64,000 nt of DNA from Raja brachyura. Lineage: Eukaryota. The position numbers were made by a program, and so were the translations under genes. The notes beneath the pieces were generated by a model. That model was not told where the DNA came from. It was given only the letters and a program-made list of their open reading frames with translations, and ran no database searches. Location of the stretch: positions 4,836,001 to 4,900,000 of the forward strand of contig OY740795.1 of NCBI GenBank assembly GCA_963514005.1. The letters run 5' to 3'. Below are positions 37,083 through 50,664 of this stretch, in pieces (position 1 is the stretch's first letter; every line of letters starts with the position of its first letter).

Positions 37083-38384
37083 AAAGGCGTTGTGAAACTG
37101 CACTGACTGCAAATACATTTCGGGTGATAGCAAAAAACATGTCCACCTTTTCTGCTATCTATTCGCTGGAATCTGCAGTGTATTGACGTGAATATGTTGG
37201 CAGAGATATAGAAAATGTTCTTGCACTCTCTTGGTTTAAATTTCTGGTAATTTTTAGCATACCTAAATAACAAACGTAGCCAAGGCTAACAATCCGATTC
37301 AGATAACAAGTCGTTTGAGTTTGAGTTACACATCATTGCGAAATTAAATAAGATCTGATAGAGAACAAAAAAACAGTAGCACTAAAATTGAGCTCTTCGC
37401 TCCATATTAATCCTTCTCTCGAGAGCCCATTTTCGAAGGGCCTTGATGATTTCTTGTTTTGGGGACTTTGCTCGATTCATTGGAATACCGAATTCCTGAA
37501 ATTAGTTTACACAGCCGATAAAGCGACGGTGCGGGGAATTTAGGTACACTACGGCGCACAGAAAGCAAATGGATGAATAGGTACATGAATGGGGAATAAT
37601 ATCAGAGGTGGATAAATTAATTAAGGTCGACCAAGATGGCTGCTGAGGAAGTGTCCAATCGAATAATTGTGCCAGTCTCATTAATTGAAAATGGTTTCCA
37701 AAGAAATTTGAAAGCGCTGCTCTCACTGTCCTCGACATTGCTCAGAGAAAATATAAGAAGTCGCTACCCGGAGGTTCCCAATCTTCAACGTAAACCAATG
37801 ATTTGCCAAATCGATAGAAATTACAGGATGGCGTTTTTTTTACTGTACCGAGAAGAGTCTAAATGAAAAGATGCAAAGCTGAATAGCAATTGCAAAGGAT
37901 TTCTGCACAGGCAACATCTAGTATATTAAATACCACCATTCCAATGCTCACCTTTATCATGCGTATTGATATTATCCATATCGACGAATTGAATAAGAAT
38001 ATACAAGGCCACTATGGGAGAGTTTGGAGACTAAATTGAAGTAGGTGACACCGTTAGAAGTGAAAATGGTTGTCGTGGATTGCCGCAAGAGTTTGATCAG
38101 CGGGGCATGAGTACAGTGGAATGGTCCATTGAGTTTTGTTCTGATATTGTGAAGTGTTGCATGTTGGCAAATAGTGTCAGGGCACGACCTTCCCAGTGAA
38201 CGGTAGGATTGTTTAAGTTACTGTTTATGTAGCTGTGTGTCTTGTTGCTTTTTTTTTAGTATGGCTGTATGGTAATTCGAACTTCACTGTACCTTAATTG
38301 GTACATGACAATAAACTGACCTTGAAACCTTGAAATCTTGAAATCTTGAAACTGAATTACTGTTCAGATTCATGATCATGCCTC

Positions 38385-38590
38385 GTCTCCATCCAATCCC
38401 CCCTCGTAAAATCCCTCCCTAACTATGTCCAAGACACCTCACACGATCTTCGTCTCCTCCATGACTTCCGTTTTCCAGGCCCCAACTCCCTCACTTTCAC
38501 CATGGATGTCCAGTCACTCTGCACCTCAATCCCCCACCAGGAGGGTCTTCAAGCCTCCGTTTTTCTTCGACCGCAAAACCAACAAATCCC
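38385..38590 (+). mobile_element. Penelope-like RT fragment
   Basis: LPNYVQDTSH...FTMDVQSL..SIPHQEGL motif. Confidence 0.7.
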
Positions 38591-38599
38591 CGTATGCTG

Positions 38600-39701
38600 A
38601 CATGGATAGAGAAGTGGTTGGCAACAGGAAACAAAGAGTGGGGATTAACGGTCCCTTTCAGAATGGCAGGCAGTGACTAGTGGGGTACCGCAAGGCTCGG
38701 TGGTGGGACCGCAGCTATTTACAATATACATCAGTGATTTGGATGAAGGGATTCAAAGTAACATTAGCAAATTTGCAGATGACACAAAGTTGGGTGACAG
38801 TGTGAACTGTGAGGAGAATGCTATGAGAATGCTGGATGACTTGGACAGGTTGGGGGACTGTGCAGATGCATGGCAGATTAAGTTTAATGCGGATAAATGT
38901 GAGGTTATCCACTTTGGTAGCAAAAACAGGAAGGCAGATTACTATCTAAATGGCGTCAAGTTGGGAAAAGTGAACGTTCAACGGGATCTCGGGGTCCTTG
39001 TACATCAGTCTATGAAAGTACGCATGCAGGTACAGCAGGCAGTGAAGAAAGCGAATGGCATGTTCGTCTTTATAACAAGAGGAATCGAATATATGAGCAA
39101 ATAGCTCCTTCTGCAGTTGTACAGAGCCCCAGTGAGACCACACCTGGAGTATTGTGTGCAGTTTTGGTCCCCGAATTTGAGGAAGGACATTCTTGCTATT
39201 GATGGAGTGCAGCGTAGGTTTACACGGTTAATTCCCGGGACTGTCATATGCTGAGAGAATGCAGCAGCTGGGCTTCTACACTCTGGAGTTTAGAAGGATG
39301 AGAGTGAATCTCGTTGAAACATATAAGATTGTTAAGGGTTTAGACACGCTAGAGGCAGGAAACATGTTCCCGATGTTGGGGCAGTCCAGAACCAGAGGCC
39401 ACAGTTTAAGAATAAGGAGTAAGCCATTTAGAACGGACACGAGGAAACACTTTTTCTCACAGAGAGTGGAGAGTCTGTGGAATTCTCTGCTTCAGAGGGC
39501 GGTGGAGGCAGGTTCTCTGGATGCTTTCAAGAGAGAGCAGGATGGGGCTCTTAAAAATAGCGGAGTCAGGGGATATGGGGAGAAGGCAGGAACGGGGTAC
39601 TGATTGGGGATGATCAGCCATGATCACATTGAATGGCGGTGCTGGCTCGAAGAGCCGAATGGCCTACTCCTGAACCTATTGTCTATTGTCTGTTGTCTAT
39701 T
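38600..39701 (+). mobile_element. CR1 LINE (RT domain to 3' tail)
   Basis: SGVPQGSVVGP...SKFADDTKLG...GYGEKAGTGY* plus tail. Confidence 0.93.
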
Positions 39702-42265
39702 ATGAAATAGTTTACACAGTTTCCTCCACGTCGTGCCACTCACTCTTTGTGCAAAATGTATAATTTATTTGCGCATCCCCCATCTGTCTCCGAAGACATT
39801 CACTCACATCCTACTCTTTACGACATTCACGACCTACGTTTGACGTGACTGGCATTCGGCAACCTGCCTGTAGTGAATGGACCCTAGAATCAGGATTCGG
39901 AGATCGTGGTATGTGATCACGCCATGCTTATTTTGCGCACCTTTCAATGTGGTGGAGTGTACAAGAATATACTGCACCATGGGTTGGTCTGCAGTTCTAC
40001 AGCTAATGCCAGCTCTTCGTACTTGTAAGCATCCTATAGTAAAAACAGTGATCTCACGTCTATCAAGTTATTCCCTGCACAGTAATAACCGGGACGAGTT
40101 CAAGCTATTCTCCTCCACACCTTTTCGTTTTCGGTGCAATAAACACGTTGCCAGGAGTTGACATGGGATGGAAGTCGCCTTTCAGAAACATAAATCTCGA
40201 AATCTCAGTAGTTAATCAGCAAGACGTAGTTTAGTTGAGAGATACAGCGCGCAAAATGGGCCCTTCGGCCCACCGAGTCCGCACCGACAAGCGATCCCCG
40301 CACATTAACACTATCTATGTACACTAGGGACAATTTTACATTGTTACAACTGCAATGTGAGCGAGTGAACCGAAAAAAAAAAACTAGGAGAAAACCCAAG
40401 CAGGTCACGGGCAGAATGTACAATCCCCGTATGGACAAGCACCCGTAGTCAGGATCGAAACCGGGACCCGGGGCTTTGGCGCTGTAAGGTAGCAACTCTA
40501 CCGCTGAGCCACCGTGCCGCATACTTTGGGTGTGTTTCGTATATTTTAGGTTTGTTTATTCCTGATACCAGCTTAGCGGATTCCCGCATTCATCAGCCGA
40601 GTTCTAATGAGTTTGGTGTGAGCATTCAGAAGACGCCGTATTATCAGTCATTCGGTAATGTTGAATGTGAAAGCGGCCCTGCAAATAAATAAAAAGGGCG
40701 GGATTTCAAGGAAACGTCTGTCGGGTTCCATCTTCAGTTCCCGCTTGTTTTATTGACCACCTGTAGTACACTGCCGACCGCAACATTTGAAGTCGGGTTT
40801 ACCCCTTGCTTCATATAGAAGGAAGCTCTCGATATCTTTGAGGAAGTAAAACTACGGGATGAGTCACTGAGTACAATTAAACCGCAGGTTGACAGGTGGG
40901 CTGAGTGGGCGGAGGGGTTGATGTCATGGTGTCTTGGCTTGCCATCTGCATTGTGATGAAAGTTCAAAACCATAAGGAGATTTATTGGGCAGAAGTTTGG
41001 TAATATTAGACCAAAGATAAACACTGACTTCATTGAGGTTTTTAATCTTTGGCTCTTCAATAAACTTAAATTACACGGTCGCCGCAGAAACATTTGTTAG
41101 ATATGTTTACGACTGATCAATACAAATACGATGTCACCAGCTTCTCGTACCGTCCATCCCCTGGTCACAGTTCATACCTTCACTGGCGAAGATGTTCTAA
41201 AACAATTCTTCACATAATCGTATCACCATGTGTGCACGACAAGCGTACACTGAGCAAAACAGCCTACTTCTACTGAGAGTGTGGGAATGTATAATGGTGA
41301 AAAAACAGATGCCTGGTGAATTCAAAAGGTGTCCTACATCGGTTTCGCGACAGAGGATATAGCTACATTTCCAAAAAGGGACGTACGTCAAAAATTGGAA
41401 AGGAGTGGGGATTTAGGATAATTATAATCAGAAGTAATATAGAGTACAATATGGGAGCAGGGGTTGACAACTCTTCGTGTTTGTTGGCTTCATCAAAATT
41501 ATTTCAAATCGAAGGGCTGCTGAGATAGTTGGTGCGTGGCTTTTGGTTTAATAAAAAACTTCCCTGAATCCAGGAAGTCCCATTAGATTGGAAAATGGGA
41601 AGTATGACAGGATACCCAGGTTTTCTCCTGCAATGGCAACGCCTAACTGACTAGTCCAATTGATTTTGTGATCAATGTTTGCAAATTCCACGATGTCATG
41701 GTACTGAACGCAGTAAGGCAGTGCCATCAGATGTAGAAGATCCGCTGTTGGACTCTTTCTTTTAGAAGTGATCGTTTGTGATGCAATTTCCATCGCGCGA
41801 GTTACTTGGCATTTGTAGGTCCGTACCTGAGTTTCCATGCACTCTTACTGCTAGCTGCCCTGGACTGCTTCATTCTCCGAAGAGTGACGAATGGAATCAC
41901 ACATGTTGTCACATCGGCATCACCACAATAACAGTACAGTGAACGTAGTGGAGATGGCATAGAATGTATCTGGACAACCTGAGCTCGTCACTGACGTCAG
42001 ATAAATGGACGTCTTCCTTACGACTTCATAGCACAATTTTCTTGAACCTTGTGCTGTTAGAACAACATGACCCTAATTCTGATGATCAAAATGCATTCTT
42101 CATTTCATTGCACAACTGGTTCAAATGTTCGTTACGCAACTGACAACACGGAATCGAATCTTTTCATTGCAACGAATATGCACTTAAATTGGCAAGGCAG
42201 GGACGGATATGGTCCTAATGCCAGAAAATTGGATGTATAATTTTGTATGTGCAAAACTTTGGCAT

Positions 42266-42650
42266 CAAAAGCACACTGGAAAGCCACCAAGGGTCACAGG
42301 AGTGGAAGGCAGTCTCATCTCCATTACACAGCTACATCTCTTCACCAGATAAAAGCTGTCCAGGGTCTGACCTTCCCAGAGGTGCATGGATGAAGTTCAA
42401 CAGACTTCGCACTGTAGTTGGGCGTTTCAATGCCAGCATGTGGAGATAGGGGTTCCGCCAGAGCCCAGCCTGCAAATGCGGAGCAGAACAACAGACGGCC
42501 AACCATGTCATCTCTGGGTGCCCGCTCTACCACCCTCCAAATGAGCCCAGGGCCTGGCAGACATTGACGCAGAAACACCAACCTGGCTGCTCATAACCAG
42601 GCTTGAGATCTAACTATTCCTTTGGTTTCTGTTTCATTCGCAAGAAGAAG
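42266..42650 (+). mobile_element. RTE-type LINE 3' fragment
   Basis: LPRGAWMKFNRLRT...CKCGAEQQTANHVISGC; ends CGCAAGAAGAAG; TSD TTGGCAT. Confidence 0.75.
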
Positions 42651-43595
42651 TTGGCATGGACGCGTGGGCTGAGGAGGTTGTCCCTGTGTTGTTCGACTCT
42701 GTGACTGCATTCAAAGGAACTGTGCGTGCAAAGTGACACAGTGACACTCCATTCCTTGGGGAAGGCAGGACTATTCCAATCAACTGATTTTAAGTAATAA
42801 TGTATCAAGAGTACGAGTTAATGGGGTATATTTGTCATTTGCACCTTAACAGTAAAATGTTTACGTGCTGCAGCTTAAAAAGAACATTAACCCAAGCACG
42901 CAACAATAAGAATACAATAAACAATAATTCAACAACTTATCAGTTATACTTATACTATTACACCAGAGCATAATAATGCAAATGAAAGTACAAAGTGCAA
43001 ATTTAAAACATTAAGAGATGGACTCATTAGAGAAGCAGAAAGCGCTCTTAAGCCATTCTTTGCCCCCCCCCCCCCCTTAGCTGCTTCCGCCCAGTTTTCT
43101 AATTTGCCATATTTATTGTATAACATATTTCGGATCCCTGAAGATCAGATGACATCATTAGAATGCGGAATACAGGAAATGTTCAGAAATTTGTAGAGCA
43201 AGAGACAGCAAATCAACCGTTCATTTGCACTGTCATAGTCATGCAGTGCAGGGCGGTCGGATTCTGGTCCAGCAGGTTCTACAAAGGCCGGGAACATACT
43301 AAAAATTTCAGAATCATCCAAAGCTTCCTATATATTTTGCTGTTAGATCATGTTAGGTTTGCGAGAATAGTTCTCACTCCTTCGAAGCAAGCCTTACATA
43401 AAATAAATACATTAATTTACGTAAGACATTTCTCGTTTGGCCAGGTGTTCTTAAAATAAACCATTTAACAGTACAGCACAGAAAACGAATCTTCGTCCGC
43501 AACATCGGTGCCGAACATGATGCCCAGCTAAACTAATCATCTTTGCCTGAACCAATCCCATTCCCTCCAATCCCTGAGCATTCAATGACCGAATG

Positions 43596-43737
43596 TCTTC
43601 TTCTTCTTCTTCTTGCGTATGGCGTGCACAGCTTAAAGTTGTCGGACAACTTGTTCTATTTGATCTTATTTGCACGCCGGGTTGATTGCATTTGTCGAAA
43701 CAGGGCGGACCACGTGAAGGTTGCAATCTCCCACCCC
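43596..43737 (-). mobile_element. Second copy of the short RTE-tailed retroposon
   Basis: Reverse complement homologous to 28821-28955; flanked by TGAC(C/T)GAAT duplication. Confidence 0.75.
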
Positions 43738-45679
43738 TGACTGAATATCCACGGCCCCGAACTACGTGTTCAAAACCAACCCGGAATGTTCGTGATTTCA
43801 TTCTTTGCTCTTAAATTCCAACGTAAGGTTGGATGGCATAATCCAATCCAACATATCAGTGGAAAGAACGATATCTGTTAAGCCTTCCACTGTTCCGCAG
43901 TAAAACATAATGCATTCCTTGAGATCGCGGTGGCCATTATTGAATATGAATTGTGGCCTTTCTCCACGATCCCTTTAATCAGTGTGGAACTAAAACCCAC
44001 CCACAGATTGAAACCCACCCACGTAGCCTAAAGAAGGGTTCCGACACGAAACGTCGTCTGTCCCTTCCCTCTCAAGATGCCGTCTGCAATGTTGAGTTTC
44101 ATTAGCACTATGAATTTTGTTCAACATTCCAGCATCTGAAACTTATATTCTCCATTTAGTTGCTCCACTGCTAAATATCTTTTAACTACTTGAAGAAGTT
44201 CTACTCTCTCCGCCGGGTATTCTGAGACCATATCTTGCTGCTCCCCTCTGTAATTTTTGCTACTGAGTCTGAAGAAAGATTGTGTACCGACGCGTTGTCT
44301 CCATATTTCCCTCTAAGGGGGCTGCCTGGCCCACTGACTTTTATAGCACGTCTGTCTTTTGCCGTTGAACTGGAAGTTAAATCCTCGAGTTTCGTCGTCA
44401 GATATCTCTTCCAACAACGTTACCTGGGCTCAGTTGTAATTTATTGAAAGCGACCTGGAACCAGGGCGAGAGCATTGGGGAAAACGAGACATTGAAAAGT
44501 CAGGACATATATAAGTACTCAGCAAGAGTCAACGAAGAGTTGCCAATTATCGACCCATTCTCTGAAAAAACGTGAAAGAGAATGAACATTTAAAACATAT
44601 ACCAGATGCTCAACACTGAAAAAATAATTTATGGCAAAAAGTAAAGGCACTTTGAAGGACCAATGGGGCACTTTGCAGGACAAAGGGTACTTTGCAGGAC
44701 AAAAGCAAATCCGCTAAAGGAAACGTCACTTTCCTTTTCTCCAGAGATGCTGTCTGCCATTTTTATACATTTTGGTTTCACCATGTAGAAATTACAGCTG
44801 TGTTTATACAGGGCACAAGAATATTTGGAACACATGGCTTCATAGGTGATTGTAATTGCTCAGGTGTGTTTAAAATTCCTCCTTAATGCTGGTATAAGAG
44901 ATCTATCAGCACCTAGTCATTCCTCGAGTCTTTCCATCATCTTTGGAAACTTTTATTGTTGTTTATCAACATGAGAACCAAATTTGTGCCGATGAAAGTC
45001 AAGTAAGCCATTATGAGACTGAGAAAAAAAACCTGTTAGAGACATCAGCCAAACCTTAGGCTTACCGAAATCAATTGTTTGAAAGATCATTAAGAAGGAA
45101 GAGAGCACTGGTGAACTTACTACCTTAACTCCTGTCCGACAAATTAGAAGCATTCTTCAGGTGTCATGAGTGGATTTATAAATGACCTCTGCCGCAGAAT
45201 TCTTCATGAACAGGAATACAGAGGCTACACAGCAAGATGCAAACCACTGGTTTACCGCAAAAATAGGATGGCCAGGTTACAGTTTGCCAAGAAGTACCTA
45301 TAAGGGCAACCACAGTTCTGGAAAAATGTCTTATGGACAGATGAGACGAAGATTGTCTCACATCAGAGTATGGAGGAGAGAAGGAACGGCCCAAGATCCA
45401 AAGCATGCCACCTCATCTGTGAAACACGGTGGTGGGGGCGTTATGGCCTGGGCATGTACAGCTGCTGAAGGCACTGGCTCACTTATCCTCGCTCATGATA
45501 CAACTGCTGATGGTAGTAGCATAATGAATTTTGATTTGCGTAGACATGTCCAATCTGCTGAATTTCAAACAAATGCGTCAAAACTCATTGGCCGGCGGTT
45601 CATTCTACAGCAAGCTAATGACCCCACACAAATTGCTAATAACAAAGGAGCATATCAAAGCTATAAAAAGGTCAATTCT

Positions 45680-47220
45680 TGACAATAGACAATATATAAT
45701 AGGTGCAGGAGTAGGCCGTTCGACCCTTCGAGCCAGCACCGCCATTCAATGTGATCATGGCTGATTTTCCCCAATCAGTACCCCGTTCCTGCCTTCTCCC
45801 CACATCTCCTGACTCCGCAATCTCTTGAAAGTATCCAGAGAACCGGCCTCCACCGCTCTCTAAGGGCAGAAAATTCCACAGGTTCACAACTCTCTGTGAG
45901 AAATGTGTTTCCTTGTCTCTGTTCTAAATTGTTTACTCCTTATTCTTAAACGGTGGCCCGTGGTTCTGGTCTCCCCCAACATCGGGAACATGTTTCCTGC
46001 CTCTAGCGTGTCCAAACCCTCAACAATCTTACATGTTTCAATAACATCCCCTCTTATCCTTCTAAACTCCAGCGTGGACAAGCCCAGCCGCTCCATTCTC
46101 TCAGCATATGACAGTCCCGCCATCATGGGAATTTACCTTGTAAACCTATGCAGCACTCCCTCAATAGCAAGAATGTCCTTCCTCAAATTAGGGGACCAAA
46201 AGTGCACACAATATTCCAGCTGTGGTCTCATTTGGGCCCTGGACATCTGCAAAAGGACATATTTGCTCCTTTGCTCGATATCTCTTGTTATAAAGGCCTA
46301 CATGCCATTCGCTTTCTTCACTGCCTGCTGTACCTGCATGCTTCATTTCATAGACTGGTGAAATGATCCCAGATCCTGTTGTACTTCCCCTTTTCCCAAC
46401 TTGACACCATTTAGATAGTAATCTGCCGTCCTGTTTTTGATACCAAAGGGGATAACCTCATATTTATCCACATTAAACTTCATCTGTCATGCATCTGCCC
46501 ACTCCCCCAACCTGTCCAAGTCACCCTGCATTCGCATAGCATCTTCCTCACATTTCACACTGTCACCCAGCTTTGTATCGTCTGCAAATTTGCAAATGTT
46601 ACTTTGAATCCCTTCATCCAAATCATTGATGTATATTGTAAATAGCTGCAGTTCCAGCACCGAGCCTTGCGGTACCAGAGTCGCTGCCTGCCAATCTGAA
46701 AGCGACCCTTTCATTGCTACTCTTTGTTTCCTGTCTGCCAACCACTTCTCCATCCATGCCAGCACTCTACCCCCAATACCATGTGCGCTAATTTTGCCCA
46801 CTAATCTCCTGTGTTGGACCTTATCAAATGCATTCTGAAAGTCCAGGTACACTACATCCACTGGCTCTCCCTTGTCCATTTTCCCAGTTACATCCTCAAA
46901 AATTCCAGAAGATTAGTCAAGCATGATTTCCACTTTGTAATTCCATGCTGACTCGGACCGATCCTGTTACTGCTATCTAAATGTGCGGCTATTTCATCTA
47001 TTATAATTGACTCCAGCATCTTCCCCACCACCTATGTCAGGCAAACTGGCCCATAATACCCTGTTTTCTCTCTCCCGCCTTTCTTAAAAAGCGGGATAAC
47101 ATTAGCTACCCTCCAATCCACAGGAACTGATCCTGAGTCGAAAGATCACTGGGAAATTATCACCAATGTATCCACGATTTCTAGAGCCACACCCTTCAGT
47201 ACCCTGGAATGCAGACCATC
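45680..47220 (-). mobile_element. CR1 LINE nested in the Tc1 element
   Basis: YLDFQNAFDKV...PQGSVL...KFADDTK motifs; (CTATTGT)-type tail at 45680-45700. Confidence 0.92.
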
Positions 47221-47279
47221 CCCAGCACTTTTGTCTACCTTCGATTTTCCAGCATCTGCAGTTCCTTCTTGAAAATTTA

Positions 47280-48208
47280 AACTTCTTACTGAACCGCACG
47301 TCAAGAACCTTGGCGTGATATTTGACTCCACATTAAAGTTTGACAAACAAGTCAATGCTGTGGTAAAAACTAGCTTCTTCCAGCTTCGCACGATAGCTAG
47401 AATTAAACCATTCCTCCAATTCGACGACCTTGAAAAGATCATCCACGCATTTATCTCCTCCCGCATTGACTACTGCAACTCCCTATACACTGGCATCAGC
47501 CAATCAACCCTGTCCCGCCTGCAATTGGTCCAAAAGTCGCAGCGAGACTTCTGACAGGTACCAGTAAAAGGGACCATATCACCCCGATTCTGGCCTCTCT
47601 CCACTAGCTCCCAGTACGTTACAGAATCAATTTAAAGCTCCTCCTATATGTATATAACGCCCTTAATGGCTTGACCCCACCTATATCAAAAATCTGCCAA
47701 CCCACCATTCTACCTGCAAGTCCATCAGGTCGGCCGACTTGGGGCTACTGACTATCCCGCGGTCCAGGTTTAAGCTCAGGGGTGACCGCGCTCTTGCGGT
47801 TGCAGCACCTAGACTTTGGAGCAACATTCCTCTTCTCATCAGAACTGATCCCTCCGTAGAGTCCTTTAAGTCTAGACTTAAAACCTATTTCTACTCAGAA
47901 GCGTTTCTTGAGGTNNNNNNNNNNNNNNNNNNNNNNNNNNNNNNNNNNNNNNNNNNNNNNNNNNNNNNNNNNNNNNNNNNNNNNNNNNNNNNNNNNNNNN
48001 NNNNNNNNNNNNNNNNNNNNNNNNNNNNNNNNNNNNNNNNNNNNNNNNNNNNNNNNNNNNNNNNNNNNNNNNNNNNNNNNNNNNNNNNNNNNNNNNNNCA
48101 TTGGATGTTGCACGTTAGTACCTGCACTGATGCAAAGCATTTTGGTCAACGAGAGTTGTTTTCAAATGTGGTACAGAAATAAAATTGACTTGACTTGACC
48201 TGACTTGA
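47280..48208 (+). mobile_element. L2-clade LINE 3' portion (spans a gap)
   Basis: VKNLGVIFDSTL...IHAFISSRIDYCNSL...AAPRLWSNIP; ends AATAAAA(TTGAC)n. Confidence 0.85.
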
Positions 48209-49065
48209 TTATGGTGCCCTGAAATGGAGGGACTATGTCATTTGTACACGGTGAAACCAAAATGTATAAAATCTGACATTGTGCACTTTAACCACATGTG
48301 ATTTTTTCTATTGTAAATCTCGATTGTGTACTACAGAGGCAAATAATTAAATGATGGGTCTTTGTCCAAAACATTATGCAGGGCACTGTGTATCAATGGC
48401 CGACTATTCATGCCCGACTATTTTAATTACATTCTCTGATAGGCGCCACACACTGACTAATGCAACTGGATGGATGCATTCATGGATTTTAGATTAAGAT
48501 TTGGAAAATTCTTTTATGGCAGATCGATCAAGAAAATTGTCGATATTCGAAAAAAAAAACAGAAAGATAAATTAGAAACCGGCTCACCGACAGAACGGAA
48601 TAGTGAACTGGGAAGTCTCTGACTGGAAGGTGAATGGAGCTCAGTAGCTGGGCTCTTAGAGCTGTAGGGAACAGCGCGAAAACAGGCCCTTCCGTACCCA
48701 CTCCAATCATTTCAGATAAGCCAATTATTTAAGAAAACTCCATATCTTTTAAGCAACACCCGTTGTCGGGATCGAACTCGGGGCTCCGGCGCTGTAAGGC
48801 AGCAACTCTACCGCTGCGCCAGCGTGCCGACACGCGGTAGAGTTGGATTTAGATACACTAGTTACAATTAAGAAGATTGCAAGTTATGTTAAGTGTGATT
48901 TAGTCGATTATGTGTAAAAAAGGGTTCCAGACAATCGGAGGATCTTTGGGAATAAAATCAACCCAGGGAAATCTGCATTTCCTTCCTAAACAAAAGGTTT
49001 TCTCTTTTCAACGGCTGGTCTCTCATGATGAAGCAGGATTTGTTTCCACTCCATTTTGTGTTACC

Positions 49066-49115
49066 GTGCGTGCGTATGTGTGCGTGTGTGTGTGCGTGTG
49101 TATGCGTGTGTGTGC

Positions 49116-49146
<31 letters not shown>

Positions 49147-49190
49147 TGTGTGTGCGTGTCTCTGTCCGCGTGTGCATGCGTGTATGTGTT
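49066..49190 (+). repeat. (TG)n/(CG)n alternating purine-pyrimidine microsatellite
   Basis: Direct reading; (CG)8 core. Confidence 0.95.
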
Positions 49191-50664
49191 AGGTGGTCGG
49201 TGTTGGTTGCTGGGTGCTGGGGTGTGAGGTGACAGGTCAGGTATGCCCGTGAACCCCATCTGTAATGCAGATGGGAAGAAGGTCCCGGGGGCTGCGGGAT
49301 ACTTTGTGACGGGATGCGTTTGAAATGCTGTTTATTTTGGACTTGAGTGGGCTTCCGTGAAGAGTAGACTTGGTTAATATCCCCGGCCACGTAGGAGTCC
49401 ATGCGTTAGCTATAAATGAGAAACACCATGGATCCTGGAGCCTATACACACAATTTTAAGGCTGCTCAAAATTATTAACCATCATTATAATTTTTTTAAT
49501 TACTCTAATCTATACTGCCTCAGAACAATTCATTTTAAAATCATTGCTTTAATCTTTTCCGAAACCATTGCAAGCAGCCATGCCTTTAATAAATGGTGTT
49601 TTAGTAATACCTGAAACATGACCCAGTACCCCTGCGCATCTGCATTCTTAACTAATCTCTGTAATAAGGTATATGACGCAGTTTCATAACGCAACAAATA
49701 GTGATACTGATTAATGTCACCAATTCAATATATACTGGATTTATAGCATACTACAGAAATAAAATTGAGTTAGAGCCATTCTGGCAATTTCAAATAACTA
49801 TTAATGAGAAACAGTCAATCGATTTTGTTGTTTCCCATTGCAAAAAATAAAACTCGGGGTCTGCCCCGGTGCCACTTTAGAGTAAAGTTTCGTCTAACAA
49901 CGGAACTAAAACAAGGAAATGGCTCATTCACGGAAAGTAATTGGGGGGTTAATTTCAGAAATTGACAATACTCAGCTCCTCATCTTACTCATTACCCAGA
50001 AGAGGCTCCACAATTCATGATCTCGCCGCCTACGTAGAATAAAGTGCTGAAACAAAGTTATTTCCAACGTTATTCAACCTTCAGACCTTCACAACTTCAC
50101 CCAAGGAGTTGTGAATGTGTGGAATTCTCTGCCACAGAAGGCAGTGGTGGGCAATTTACTGGATGAATTTAAAAGAGAGTTAGATAGAGCTCCTAGGCCT
50201 AGCGGAATCAGGAGACATGGTTGTGGATGATCAGCCATGATCACAATGAATGGCGGTGCTGGCACGACAGGCGGAATGGCTTCCTCCTGCACCTGTTTTC
50301 TATGTTTCTATGTTTTTATGTTTCACATATCGCTTCGTTTGAAGTAATCAAACTTTAATCTCTTTAGGAAGTATGCATTCTAAATTATATTTGAGACAGC
50401 AGGGACAGACTCCAAAACATACGGGTACAGGAAATTAGAAGAATGACAAAGGGCAAAGGGCAAAGGACATTTATTGTCACATACACCCATTGGTGCAGGA
50501 AAATTTCAGTTACAATGCAGCACACAAATAAGATAAACACAACACTATATAACTTAACATAAAACATAAAACATTCCCTCGGAGCGGAACCAACGTTTCC
50601 CACTGAGAGGGAAGGCAACAAAGTTCAGTCCTCTTCCTCTTGTTCATCCGTGGCCTATTGAGGC

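Larger units (their letters stand above)
44755..48388 (+). mobile_element. Decayed Tc1/mariner transposon, interrupted by LINE insertions at about 45680-48208
   Basis: Transposase remnant (...SSVKHGGGGVMAWAC...GRRFILQQAND) at 45182-45680. Inverted-repeat match TTTATACATTTTGGTTTCACC (~44762) vs GGTGAAACCAAAATGTATAAA (~48250). Right end ...GGGCACTG at 48388. Confidence 0.8.

Noticed and set aside
49066-49190. Z-DNA-forming microsatellite as a functional element
   Set aside because: Common repeat type, 12 kb from the promoter, with no supporting context.
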